This document shows, one piece after another, positions 39,601-53,400 of a stretch of 64,000 nucleotides of DNA. Source of the stretch: Eledone cirrhosa (Eukaryota). The stretch's first letter is position 1; every line of letters starts with the position of its first letter. A program made the position numbers and the translations under genes. The stretch is taken from positions 57,660,001-57,724,000 of the forward strand of contig OZ024742.1 in the NCBI GenBank assembly GCA_964016885.1, given 5' to 3'. The notes below the pieces were generated by a model. That model ran no database searches. It was given only the letters and a program-made list of their open reading frames with translations, and was not told the DNA's origin.

Positions 39601-42600
39601 GTTATTATATCATGACTCATACACTGTTCATTTTCTTGACACTTTATTATTCTATGTACTATACATGCACCTTTGATGAGTTGTAGTGCACCTGAGCACT
39701 GTACACAATAATTTCATTATTATTATAACCCCTATACATTGGAAGGGGGTGGGGCAGGGCATACTGTATATATGCTTCAGCTTTGGCTTATACCCATGGG
39801 AAATCGGGTCTTCTGTATTACTGCATAACACCAGAGATCTTGGTCCTGTATCATCACCTTTGAGAGATGCAATTAGGCATGGTCAGCTTTTATCACCTCA
39901 TCCCAAGTCATCCTGGGTCTCCCCACTCCAAGGCTTCCATCAACTTAGAGCACTCTGCACCTTTTTAGGCAGCTGTCATCCTTCATATGCATCACATGTC
40001 CATACCAACATAATCTCCTCTCTTGCACACATTTGATTCCTCTTATGCCTAGTTTCTCTTTCAGTTCGCTTATGATTTGCTGTTCGTGTACATTACTATT
40101 ACACATCTATCGGAGCATGCAAGCTTCAATTCTTTCCAACCTACACAAGTCTTCTACACACAGCATCCATGTCTCACTACCATGCAACATTGCTGTTTGT
40201 ATGCACACATCATACAGTCTGCCTTTCATTTTGAGGGAAAAGCCTTTTCGTAGCTAGCAGTGGTAGTAGTTCCCTGACCTTCTTCCATCCTGTTTTTACT
40301 CTAACTACTGTACTTCAGAACACCCATCTCTACTGCTAATTTGGTCACCTAGGTAGCAGAGCTGTCTACTGTTTCTACAGAGCCCTTCCAGAATTTGGTA
40401 GTGCTTGTTTCCTGCAGTCATTTGCTGCTTACTGTCCTGGTGCAACTGCTACATGTAAAGCCTACATTCTTAGCTATCATCCTCATCCTCATCGTTTAAC
40501 GTCTATCTTCCACGCTAGCATGGGTTAGACGGGAATTGTCCCATTTGAGGCAAGATTGGTCAGATGACCATGTCTCGCTCATATAGGACTATCTGGCAAG
40601 TTTTCTATGGCTGCATGCCCTTCCTAACACCAACCACATTTACAGTATGGACTGGGAGCTTTTTATCATGTTACCTACACGACCACGTTACAGCGTGGAC
40701 TGTGTTTTTTTTATTTTTATCGTAACCTACACGACCTCATTAGTTTGGACTGGATGTTGTGGTATCAACATAATTTTATAGAGAAAGGGTGGTGTTGGCG
40801 GGAGTGGAAGGATGGAGTAGGGGTTATGGGTTGGGGTGTATGTTTGGTTTGGAGGTGCCTACTGACTGTAGGTTAACTTTGCACGTAGGGAAGGCGGGTC
40901 TTCTGTATTACTGAATGGCACCAAAGATCTCGATCCAGTGACATTGTCTTAGAGAGGTGCAAGTGTGCAAGGTCGGAATTTATCAAGTCGTCCCTGGTTT
41001 TTCTGGGTCTACTACCCCGTAACTTCCATCAATTTTGATCGCCCTGCAATTTTTTATACAGCTGTCGTCTTTCATGCGCATCACATGACCATACCAATGT
41101 AGTCTTCTCTCAAGTAAACAGCATCTGATCCCCGTTATTCCTAATTTCTCACTTAGTTCATTTATGTTTTGCCGTTCACGTATATTACTATTACACATCC
41201 AACAGAGCATGCATGCTTCGTTCCTTTCCAGTCTGCGCAGGTCCTCTGCACACAATACCCATGTCTCACTGCCATGTAGCATTGCTGTTCGTATAGAGAC
41301 ATCATACAATCTGCCTTTCATTTTTAGCGAGAAACCTTTTGTGGCCAACAGCGGTATAAACTCTCTGAACTTTTTCCATCCCATGCTAACTCTGGCTACT
41401 GTACTTTCAGAGCACCCTCCACCACTGCTGATTTTGTCACCCAGGTAACAGAAAGTGTCCACTATTTCCATATAACCATCTGGGCAGTAGAAGGAGCTAG
41501 TATCCTGTGGGCAACTGCTACTTATTGCACCTGAGCATATATATATATATAGAGAGAGAGAGAGAGTGAGAGAGTGAAGAGTTAAATACATTCACCATCA
41601 TCAGCATCATATAATGTCTTTCTTCTAATTAGCAAGGTTTGCAAGGGTCATCAAATAAAAAGTCAATATTTAATCAGAGCTACTAACCTCTTCTAACTGC
41701 AACTTATTTTCGTTCCATGTAACATTCAGCAACTGAGAATACAACACCCTCACCACCCCACACCTACCCTAGCTGCTGCTGTTGGTACTCATTTTTAGCT
41801 AAATTGACAGGAGCAATGTGAAGTGAAGGACACAATGCAAAGCTCAACCTGAGAATGAAACCCTTATGATCACAAAACCAACACCCAACTATCCTCTTCA
41901 TAATCATCATTATCCATGAGTTGGACGGATCTTTTACAGCACTGCATGCCTCCATTTATCGCATTCTTTCATCACCTCCTCTGTGAGCTTCAGCAAGCTA
42001 AGATAAGCTCTCATGACCTGTCCAGGTCCTCCTCCACTGCAGCTTCCTTCCACTGAGATTTTGTGACACTTCTTCACCCAACAATCATCATCCATGTGCA
42101 TCACATGTCTATACCAGCAGTTATTTCTCTTGCACATTACATCTGATTCCTCTTATACCCAGTTTACATCTCAGTTTATCTATGCTTTGTCATTCACGCA
42201 CATTAACATTACGCATACATCAAAGCATGCTTGCTACATTTCTCTCCCGCCTTCACATATCATCTGCATTCACTGTCCATGTTTCTCTACCATGCAGCAT
42301 ACCGTATCACACTACCAGATGATAGGTTTTTAAAGAAAAAGGTAATAGGAAAAAAACAGTTTAGAATAGTACTGACCTGCATGGTATGATACCATTTTGA
42401 GGCATCACCTTGGAAAGAAACAACAGTTTGGTGATGGTGGATGACATCAGACAGAGATTCTGTGATTTTATCTTTAACTGTTGAATTAGAAACAAAGAAT
42501 AAATAACTAAGGGAGATAACTTACTAGTGCGTGTGTTAAACAAGGTTCGAGGGTAGGTGGCCTAGAGGTTAGGGTATTGTTGATCTTACAGCCAAATATT

Positions 42601-44382
42601 TCTCAAATTATACACTAAAGTCTGTCTCAAGCCCAGAGGCTCATTAGGTCAGAGCTTATTTCGTTTTTCTTGGCACTAAGCAACTGATAGTACAAGATGT
42701 CCCCTCTCGCTGGACAAGATGCCAGTCAATCACAGAGTTAAACCCCAAGCTACTGATGGTACTAATTTTCAGCAAAATATACCTGCGCAACATGAAACCC
42801 AGTCCAGGAATCAAACCCCCAATATTACAATCATAAGTCTAACACCCAAACCACTAGGTCATGCACCTTCACAATCACACACTACCATTTTAGAAAATGA
42901 AGGACATTTACACAGAATGATAAAAAGACAGAATGGTCACAGATGAAATGTCTTTTATGAAAGACCTAATTAATTAGGACAAGACAGCAACAACTACCTA
43001 CAGGCCATAGCACTGCTGAATCAGAGCTGACCTTGGGATAAATAACAACCTTTTTAATCCTTTCGTTTTTAATCCATATTTCTAATGAAAGACACTGACA
43101 AAATATTTTTGAAAATATTTAAGAACCTAAAGGGACTTAGTAATATAACTAATTTTTTTATTAAACTGGTAGATATAAACACTTTAACTCTTTCATTATC
43201 ATATTTCTAATAAAAGAAACAGCCTATGATTTTCAAATTATTTTGAAATTAATCAAGAATTTGGAAGGACTTAGTAATATAACTAATTTTCTCATTATTA
43301 AGCTGGTGTTTGGAACATAACTTAAGTTCTTACATGAAATTATGATGGAAGATCTTTAGATAAACATAAACACTTTAAAACAAAATATTTCAGGTCGTTT
43401 GATATGGAAAGGGTTAATGTAATAAAGGTAAATTCTCAGAATAATACATTACCTTCAATAGATTTGCTGTTGTCACTATACAGATATTTAGTAACTCCTT
43501 CAAAAATACAATTGGCGGGAAGGTCAAATGGCTTCCCTAAGAAATAACCATAGGTTGTAAATTGCTGTGAGGGCGTCTCTCCCTTATGAAACAGATTTTC
43601 TGTCAAAGATTCTTTATAATTCATTAAATAAACCTGACAAGTACAAATATCACAATCTGAAAAACTAGTTTGAAGCTGGTTGGTTCTATTTGAAATTTCT
43701 CTCCAATATTGAAAAGATATCTGAGTAATATCTTCTATAATGATTGCATCTTGCAATGAAAATAGCAGATATTTAACAAGTCTAAATTGTGAGCTGTCTA
43801 GTAAGTTAGAGTTAGTGTCACTTTGATTATTTACAAATACTTCTAAAACTAAATGGAACTGGTCCAGAGTTATCAATTTTCCCAGACACCAAGTGTGTAA
43901 ATAAGGACATAAAAAGTTTAATGTTTCTCTATCTCTTTTCATTATGCATTTGCCAGAACACTCATGATATAATGTTTCATTAAAAGTTGCAGGCTGGCAG
44001 ATGGCATTGATGCTGTGAAAATGGTCAATGATGCAAATGTGTCCAGTATCTGGATTTAATGACAAATAACCAACAAGTATCTGAAATATAAATCAAACAA
44101 AAAAGAATGAAAAACTAAACTAAAAAAAACTAAAAGTAAAAAATATAATTTAACCTTTACATTACATAAAATTATGATGGTAGGTTTTTAGATGAATACT
44201 AGACCACCCGAGACCCGTTGGGTCACGTTCACTTTAAAATATTTTTTTTAAATCATGTTCACTTAAAAATAATTTTTAAATAATTAAAATATAGACATGT
44301 ATATAATGTGAAATGAAACTGGAAGGCCCATATATATACGTGTGTATGTATATAGGTAAATGTGTGTTTGTATACATATAAT

Positions 44383-44423
<41 letters not shown>

Positions 44424-47400
44424 GGTGTCTGTAATCTATATACACTGGTCATAAACACACTCATATATATATACATAACACCACCAGCTCTCTCTCGCTT
44501 CCATTCTCCTTTTGTCTCCTCTCCCTCTCCTATGCCTCTCTTTCAACCTACTCTCTCTTTCTCTATCTGTTTATGAAGGTACCCAGAAACCCCATATCTC
44601 GGGAACCCATGCTTTGATTTACGCGAAACTTGTTTTATTTCATTTGTATTCCCATTTCAGGGGCAACTTCCTTTCAAAATATTTTCCCATTATGTGTCCT
44701 TTTGGCTGTATAATATTACAGATAAGTAAGCAAGCAAGCAATCGCAGAGTTTTAGTAATATATAAACACTTTGACATTTTCATTATTTCTAATGAAAGGC
44801 ACTGCCTATGATTTACAAATTATTTTTAAAATAACCAAAAATTTGAAAATATTTAGCAATAGAACTAATGTTCTTATATAAAATTATGATGGTAGGTTTA
44901 AAATAAACAGCTTTGTTATAAACAAATGTTTAATGACTAAAAGCTCAAACAAAGCATATAAAGAATTAAAACGTAGTGTTTTATTCAAAATTTTCAGTCA
45001 AAAGACTTTCATCAGTGAATTGCTATAAGATTTTTTTCCACACATGGAATCCTTTGTCATTTAGTTACATTCTGAGTTAAAATACTGCTGAGGTCAACTA
45101 TGTCTTTCATCCTTCCAGGGTCAATAAAATATAGTACCATTCAAGTACTAGGGTCAATTTATTTGACCTACATCCACAATTACAGGCCTAAATTGGAAAC
45201 CATTATTAACATAATTCCTACTGTTAGATTCTCTTCCTAACACCAGCCACTTTACAGAGGTTACTGGGTGCAATCTATTGTAACACTTTACACTTTCTCT
45301 TACAGCCAATTGGCCCTTTCTTTATCCCTTCCCCCTTTTTTTCATTACTTAATTTTGTTTTTATCTTTCTTTTTCATATTTATGTAATTATCAATGGTTT
45401 TTAAGCCAACTTTGTGCATGAAACACATGTATTGAGAATAAACATTAAAAGTATTCTTTACAGAGTGTACTGAGTACAATCTATTGTGATACCAGCATTA
45501 AAATGTGTATGCTGAAATGTTTAATATGATTTATATTGAAATCTTAGAAGGTAAAATATAATTTGAATAATTATACTTTATTTGTAAATTTTCTTCTAAA
45601 CCTCCATGAAGATTTATTATTCCCAGTTTCAATATCAGCAAGAATTCCTTGAGCTAGTTCTTCAAATTCTTCTCTGAGGTTCAATGAAACAAATGTTGAT
45701 ATGTGGGTGGTTTGTAGCTGAAAATCAGAAAAAAGTTATTAGCTCCTAACACTATAATGATTTAACAGAAAATATATAAAAACAAGTTTGTTAGACTGGT
45801 CATGTGACTAAATTTTGCTCATAAGCTCCATTTTGGGCTTGGTTTTAATGGCTGGATGCCCTTCCTAATATCAACCACTTTATACTGTGTACAAGGAGCA
45901 TTTTATTGTGACTCCTGCACTACCACCTTACAAATTGAACTGGGCTCTTTTTGCTATGGTACCAACATTACCACTTTACAGTACAAACAGGGTAATTTTA
46001 CCGTGATGTTTGCAGTAGCACTTTACAGTACAGACTGGACACCTTTTGCTGTGGCACCAACACTACCACCTCACAGTGCGAACTGGGTGATTTTACTGTG
46101 ATGCAGCACTCGCACCTTACAGTACAAACTGGGTTCCTTTTGCTGTAGCACCAGTACTACCACCTTACAGTACAGACTGGGAACTTTTTTGCTGTGGCAC
46201 CAGCATTACCACCTTATAGTACAAACTGGGAACTTTTTGCTGTGGCACCAACACTACCACCTTACAGCGTGAATTGGGTGATTTTTGCCATGACATCAAC
46301 AGTACCACTTTAAAGTGAGGACTTTTTGCTGTGGCACCAACACTACATACAGACTGTTAGCACTATTTTAATCCTGGTATAAAACTTAAACTACTTACAC
46401 AGCTAATATCTTCCTTTTTCATAACTGGACAACAATGGTCATATTCAGTAAATTCTTGGATAAACTGTCGGGATTTTATATATTTGTGAGACTTTAAAAC
46501 ATAAGACAGAATTCTTTTCCAGACAAAATCGTATTGTTCTGAAGATCTAAAAAAGAGAAAATAGTTATAATATAGACAAAAGAAAAAGAAATTTATCAAC
46601 ATTTTCTAAAATCACACAAACGCTTGAAAGTAAAAACTTTATCAGATGATGGTTTTATCAACAATTAACTTCATCAAGACTTTATTGCTCTACCCTTCTT
46701 CCTTTCCTTTTCCTGATATATATATGTGTATGTGTGTGTATGTGTACAATAATAACAGCAGCAACAACAACAACAATAATCACTTACTTGATGAATAGAG
46801 TTTTAGCTATTCTCTCAAAGTGAGATTCCATTGATTGAATGGTATCTATTTCAGCAGGTTTAAGATTGTGTTCCAGCATAGCTCTCACTGTAGGAGTACA
46901 GACTTCACTAGGCTAAAATCAAATAAAACATATTGAGGACAATAGAAAGACAAAAACAATACAGAGTGGGGTTTACATCAAGTAAAGAGAAAACAATAGG
47001 AATAAAAAATAACGGAAATGTAATAAGTATACATAATAATAGAAAACAATAATAAATGTCAACTACTCTCAGGTCCCAAATAATAAATGAGGAATAAGCG
47101 GGTACAGTGGGGTGCTTGGAATAAGCAGAGGGGTTAGAAAATCAGTAATTTTTCTAGGTTTGTTTCTGTTGATTTAAAAAAAAAAAACAGAATTAGCCGT
47201 TTAGTTAACATATTGAGACCCCAACCCATCCTATTTATTTTATAACATAAGGAATTTCTGGTAATGTACTTTTTTTGTCATGTATAATGTTTTTTTAATT
47301 TATAAAGAAAATTAATTGTCATAGGAATGCTACCAGTTCAAATAAAATTTCACTAAAGATGGATTAGCAAAATTTAATAAGTGGAGGAGAATGATTATTC

Positions 47401-50400
47401 AAGACCCGAGAGTAATAACAGTTACTCAATGGGGGGCAGCACATTAGGGTAATTCCAGGGAGGCCACCACACAAAACCCTGGATTACTTTGTCACCTTGC
47501 AGGCATTAAAAGTGCCCTCTCCTAATTTTTTTCCACCTGCTTAGAAAAGCATAGTCAGATTAGGCCCATTCAGCCTCATCAATCATGCCGCTCTCAAAAT
47601 GTTTCATAAAACACACTAGAGGGCAGCACCTCACTCTCTATCTTCACTTTCCTCCTCAAGTGGACAAAATGCACCCAGTCCACCTTGTAAGGTGGTAGTG
47701 GTGATGTCACAAGAAAAGCTCTCTTTACATGTTGTAATGTGGTTGGTGTTAAGAAGATTTGGCAATTCAAATGTTTATAGTATCTTTACTAATAGACAGA
47801 TCATTGTGAAAATTTATAGTAAACTAAAGTAAGGACTTTAATTTTTAATGTCATTCAGTCATAGTGTTGTTTAGTACTTTTCAAGAAAACCTTTGATGTG
47901 TTTTCATGTGGTACAGAACATTAAATGTTAACAGAAATGAATAAAGAAGTGCTCACCAAAATACTTGAAATGCTATCTGTGAACTTCAATACCTTAATAC
48001 AACTTCTAGCACAGCAATACAATCTCACATGGTTTTCCTATAACAGAAGACACTCTCAGAAATTACTAAACTGACCACTATTATCATTGTTTTAACACTT
48101 ATCTATATATAATATAAAAGAAAGGTGTTTATTGGTTGGTTGGTTGAATCACACGAAAACTACACACACACACACACACACATCTAAAGAGAGAGAGGGA
48201 GAGGCCGTTATACAGCGCGAGATACAATTAAAGTGTTAGATATTCAGAGAGAGAAAGAGTAATGTCCTACGAAAGTTTAGAAACAGTTTAAACTATAAAT
48301 CCTTTGATCTATAGGAAGGTTTAACAATATTGCGTTAGCTTTTATCAAGTCGTTTTACAGCTTTTGATTTTACAGAACAAAGAAAAATTGATACTATTTG
48401 AAATTAATCTACTCTACAGCTTTTATCCATATACTACTTACAGTCCGTACTAACGAAGCAACACTTCAGAAGCAATGTTATGCGGTATATTGCTGCGTTT
48501 CAGATGACGTCCTTTGGAGCTGAAAACGATCATACTGACTCTGGTTATTTCACATTTAAAATCCAAGGCTATTGCTACCATTTAATCAGCTGTTTACTCC
48601 CCCAGCCTAATAAGGAAGTTTTATGATTGTTTTTTTATGTCTCTCTCACACACACTCACATTACGGTCTCACCTCATACCAGACAACACATCCAATACAG
48701 TCATTTTCACTTAACTGTTCTCCTGGACGAAACTGGGTACCACCACTAGTCTTTTAGAGACAAAGTGGTTGACTTTAGAAGTGTTGGGAAAATTTGAAAT
48801 GTGTACATCCCAACACAAATGATCCTAATAATAGTTGATGACTATAAAAAATTGCTTAGATAGCATCAGCTGTGGAAAAACCAATGGAAACATTGTTTTC
48901 TTGGTCGATTAGATGATTAGCTCTTTTCTTCTGTCAGGAGTTGTTACCAGTACATAGTATAAATAATTGTTTCTACTTTAGGCACAAGGCCAGCAAATAC
49001 CCAGTGCATTACTGGTACTTTATTTTATCAACCCCGTAAGGATGAAAGGCAAAGTCAACCTCGGCGGGATTTGAACTCAGATTGTAAAGGGACGTAACTA
49101 TGCTGGAAAGCATGGCGTCCGACCCTCTACCGATACTGCCAATCCACCGCCCTACATAGTATAAAGTACATAGTACATAGTATAAATAATGGAAAAACCA
49201 ATGGAAACATTATTTTTTTAATTTGATCATATGATCAGCTTCTTTCTTTGGCCAGGAGTTGTGACTGACAGATAATATCAACAATGGAAATAGAAATAGA
49301 AACATTGTTTTCTTAATACGATCTGACAATCAGCCCCTTTCTTTTCCTAAAGTTGACATTTAGCATCAGTTTCAACAGACCTGCCAAAATGAGAAAAAAT
49401 GGTGGGTGAGAAGTGGGTGGAAAGTAAAACAGTGAAATATAACTTACCGTGGCAGAAAACCTTTGATGAACATTGTGCAGTTGGAGAACAGTTCCAACTC
49501 GGAAATGTTTGTAAATTACAAATGCCAAATTATATAATAAATATAATCTGGAAAGACAGAAATATAACTGGTACTATAACACAAACTACTGAAGGAATAT
49601 TTGATATTACAGAAAGCTCTGAGACATTAAAGTGCCAAGTTAAATGTATTATAGACTGCAAATTTAAATGTATTATAGAGTGTGTGTCCCAATGCAAATG
49701 ACCATAATAATAGTCAATCACAATAAATCAGGTAAAGTACCCCTGGAGACAAAAAAACAGTAGACAGTTCACCTGCAAGGAATTGAACCCTCATATCTCT
49801 CAATTGGGCAAGTGTTTTAACCATTGCGCTAAAGAGCCACCAATTCTGTTTTTTTTAAAGATTTTAAGACTGTAGCTAGAAGTGTAAACAAAGCAGTTGG
49901 CTTAGAAAGCATTGGGGGAAATTTAATATTTTAAGTGTGTGCATCTCAAAGCAAATGACCTTAATAATAGTGGATCACTACAAATTATAATAGTTGGATG
50001 TGGTTTAGTCTGAAGTTAATTTTGATTAAACCTTTTATGACCATATTTCTCTATTTCAATTAATCAATCAAGAATTTCAATAAATTTATTGATTATTTCA
50101 TTACTAAGATACTAACTTAACATATGGTTCTTATATAAAATTAAGTTGAAATATTTTAATTTAAACAGGAAACCTTTAAAATGGTTGGTTTTGTTGAAAA
50201 GAACCAGAGCCAGTTTTAAGCAGGTTGGTATCAATGGAATCCACTGATTCCTTCTTAGCACACATACACACCCACATATCACATAAAATACAACCACAAT
50301 AGTCAACAACATAAACAAACCACATTCACACATAATACAACCAATCACCATAGTGAACACATACGCATACACATAAAAAAATGTTTGTACAGACAAGAAA

Positions 50401-53400
50401 TATTCTCACCTAATAGAACCATCCAGAATAAGAACTCCATCAACACCATTGCCTGTTATTGTACCCTAAAGTTATAAAAGAAACAGTAAATATATATATA
50501 GGCCCAGGACATCTGTTTGCAATTGCTCCATTACAAATAAACATTTTGTTAGCACTTTGAGACAGCTTTGCACACTTATACGTTCGAACCATATCTCATT
50601 GAGTCTTGAAGGTCAGCAAATTCAATATGGATGTTATGTGTTAGGTAAACTCCAACTAAGTCGGTAACCTGTGCATAGTCACTAGACCCATAGTAATATC
50701 AAAATTATTAGTTCTATCTCTACATGTCCAGTTCAGTGAGCTACTACCACTGCTAGCTGCAAAAGTCTTTTCCCTCAAAATAAAAGGCAGACTGTATGAT
50801 GCGTGCATATGAACAGCAATGTTACATGGTAGTGAGACCTGGACGCTGTATGTAGAAGACTTGCGTAGATTAGAAAGAAACGAAGCTTGTATGTTCCGAT
50901 GGATGTGTAATAGTAATATACGCAAACGGCAAAGCATAAACGAATTGAGAGAGAGACTGAGCATAAGAGGAATCAAATGCTGTGTGCAGGAGAGGAAGTT
51001 GCTTTTGTATGGACATGTGATGCGTATGAAGGATGACAGCTGCATAAAAAGGTGCAGAGCACTAGAAGTTGATGGAAGCCTTGGAGCAGGGAGACCCAAG
51101 AAGACCTGGGATGAGGTGATAAAAGCTGACCTTGCCCAATTGCACCTCTCAAAGGCGATGACACAGGACTGAGACCTCTGGCATTACGCAGTAATACAGA
51201 AGACCCGATTTCCCACAGGTACAAGCCGAAGCTGAAACGTATAGACAATATGTCCCCACGCCCTACAACTGCAAAGTGGTCGTGGAGGTGTCACGACAAA
51301 AAAGCACCCAGTCCACACTGTAAAGTGGTCATGCAGGTGCCATGGTAAGAAAGCACCCAGTACTCACTGTAAATGAGGTTGGTGTTAGGAAGGGTTTCCA
51401 GCTGTGGAAATCAAGCCAAAACCAGTTCCCGTATGAGCAAGACATGGTCACCCGACCTGGCATTGCCCACAACAGTCTAACCCATGCCAGCATGGAGGAA
51501 TGGACGTAAAACAATGATGATGATGATGATGACTGAACGTCTAGCAGCTACAATTGTGTCAGCCTCATCCTTAATTAAGCTGGAGTTCCACATGGCAAAT
51601 TTGAGACGAACAGGTGAAATACATGAATAATAGTCATCAATATCAAACTGAATAAACTTAGATGCTTTTTTATCCTCTATCTTAGTAACCCAGTCAATAA
51701 CCACATCTGTGTTGCCCCAAAGTTTAATTGATAACCTACTTTTTAATTGAGTTAATATTCTATTTTAAATATTCTTACTAATACAACTTATATGTCATTT
51801 AGATGGGCATATGAGAAGGGTTAGATTCAAAGTTTTTTTATTGACCTTTAAATTAAAGGTTGGACATCTAGGTTCAAATGGTTTGGTTTGGTGAGCCAGG
51901 CCTAATTTATTTACTATCGCTTGAACTATGTATATTGATATCATTAATGGAATTTTTTATTTTTTTTTAATTTCTTCTGTAGTTCCTTAAGTATACCATT
52001 TTTATAATTGTTCATGTCCATGGAGTAAATATTGCTAGTTTTGTCGGCATTGACGAGTATTCCTTCAGTATTTCTAAGTCTATTCATGATCGATTGGAGA
52101 ATCTTCTAGAATTTACTAGTGTTGGCGATTTTTTAATTTAATTTTACTGACCATATCCATTTGATCAGTTTCAAATGCTTTCAAATGTGGATTATGTGGT
52201 GGATTTTTATAGGATTTAAATCCAAAGTTATTTTTCTGTGAATCCTTGTTATTGGTTTAAATATTAATAAATATATATATACGTATGCAGTAGATGTACA
52301 GGGAAATTAGACAGTAGAAGTCGCATTGATAGACACATTTTTCAAATGCAGGCAGGTGCTATAGAAGTGGTGGATAGCTTCCGGTACCTAGGAGATCAGA
52401 TTAGCATGGGAGGGGGTGTTCCGAGGCCATAGTATCTAGAATAAGGACAGGTTGGAAGAAGTTTAGGGAACTGCTTCCTCTGCTGACGAAGAAGGGTTTC
52501 TCCCTGCTTACGAAAGGCCGGTTATAAAAACCTGTGTGAGGAGCGCGATGCTGCATGGTAGTGAGACATGGGCAGCAACTGCAGAGGATATACGACAGCT
52601 GGAGAGAAATGAGGCAAGCATGCTCCGTTGGATGTGCAATGTCAATGTGTGTGAACGACCCAGCATAAATATGTTGAGAGAGAAACTGTGTCTGAGAGGG
52701 ATAGAATGTAGTGTGCGAGAGAGGAGACTGAAGTGGTATGGACATGTGATGCGCATGGAGGATGACCGATGGGTGAAGAAGTGCCAGGAAATGCCAGTTG
52801 AAGGAAGACGTGGTAGAGGTAGACCACGAAAAACATGGGCGGAGGTGGTGAGAATAGACCTCAGATCGCTGAAGCTCACGGTGGAGATGACGAAGGACCG
52901 TGACAAGTGGAGAGATGCTGTGCTGAATAAGACCCGTCCCACCCTTGAAAACAGGGAAAAGCGGACGTAAAATGATGATGATAATACTAGCTGACGTACC
53001 CAGCTTTACCCGGATGATAAGAGAAGACAGGTAGAAGAGAAAATGACTGTATTGGATGTTTATCTGGTTTACAGTAGGAGGCAAGACTGTGGTGTGTGTT
53101 ACAAAAAAATAAACAGTAAAAAAATCTTCCAGATACACCAGATTCTTTGTTTTACCGTTCATGCATAGTATATGAAGATTTGTAGGTGTTTCCACTCGTA
53201 AACAACCTACATATAACTCTCCATGGGTAAAAAGCGATTCTCTTGTATTCAATTTTACAACTTTGAAACTCTGAGCCTGGGCTTTATGTACGGTCATAGC
53301 AAAACTGGCTCTAACAGAGAAATGATGTCTTGAGAATTTGAATGGCAGCTCGGTAGAGAAAGGGATAAGAGGAATCTTGAGAATAAATGCATTTTCTCCT

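Noticed and set aside
49313-49382. Possible extra CTC1 exon after the 49448-49547 exon
   Set aside because: The flanking exons join in frame and follow the CTC1 motif order without it; no convincing donor.
49771-49840. Functional tRNA gene
   Set aside because: A and B boxes are present but the acceptor and anticodon stems do not pair; SINE head or relic.
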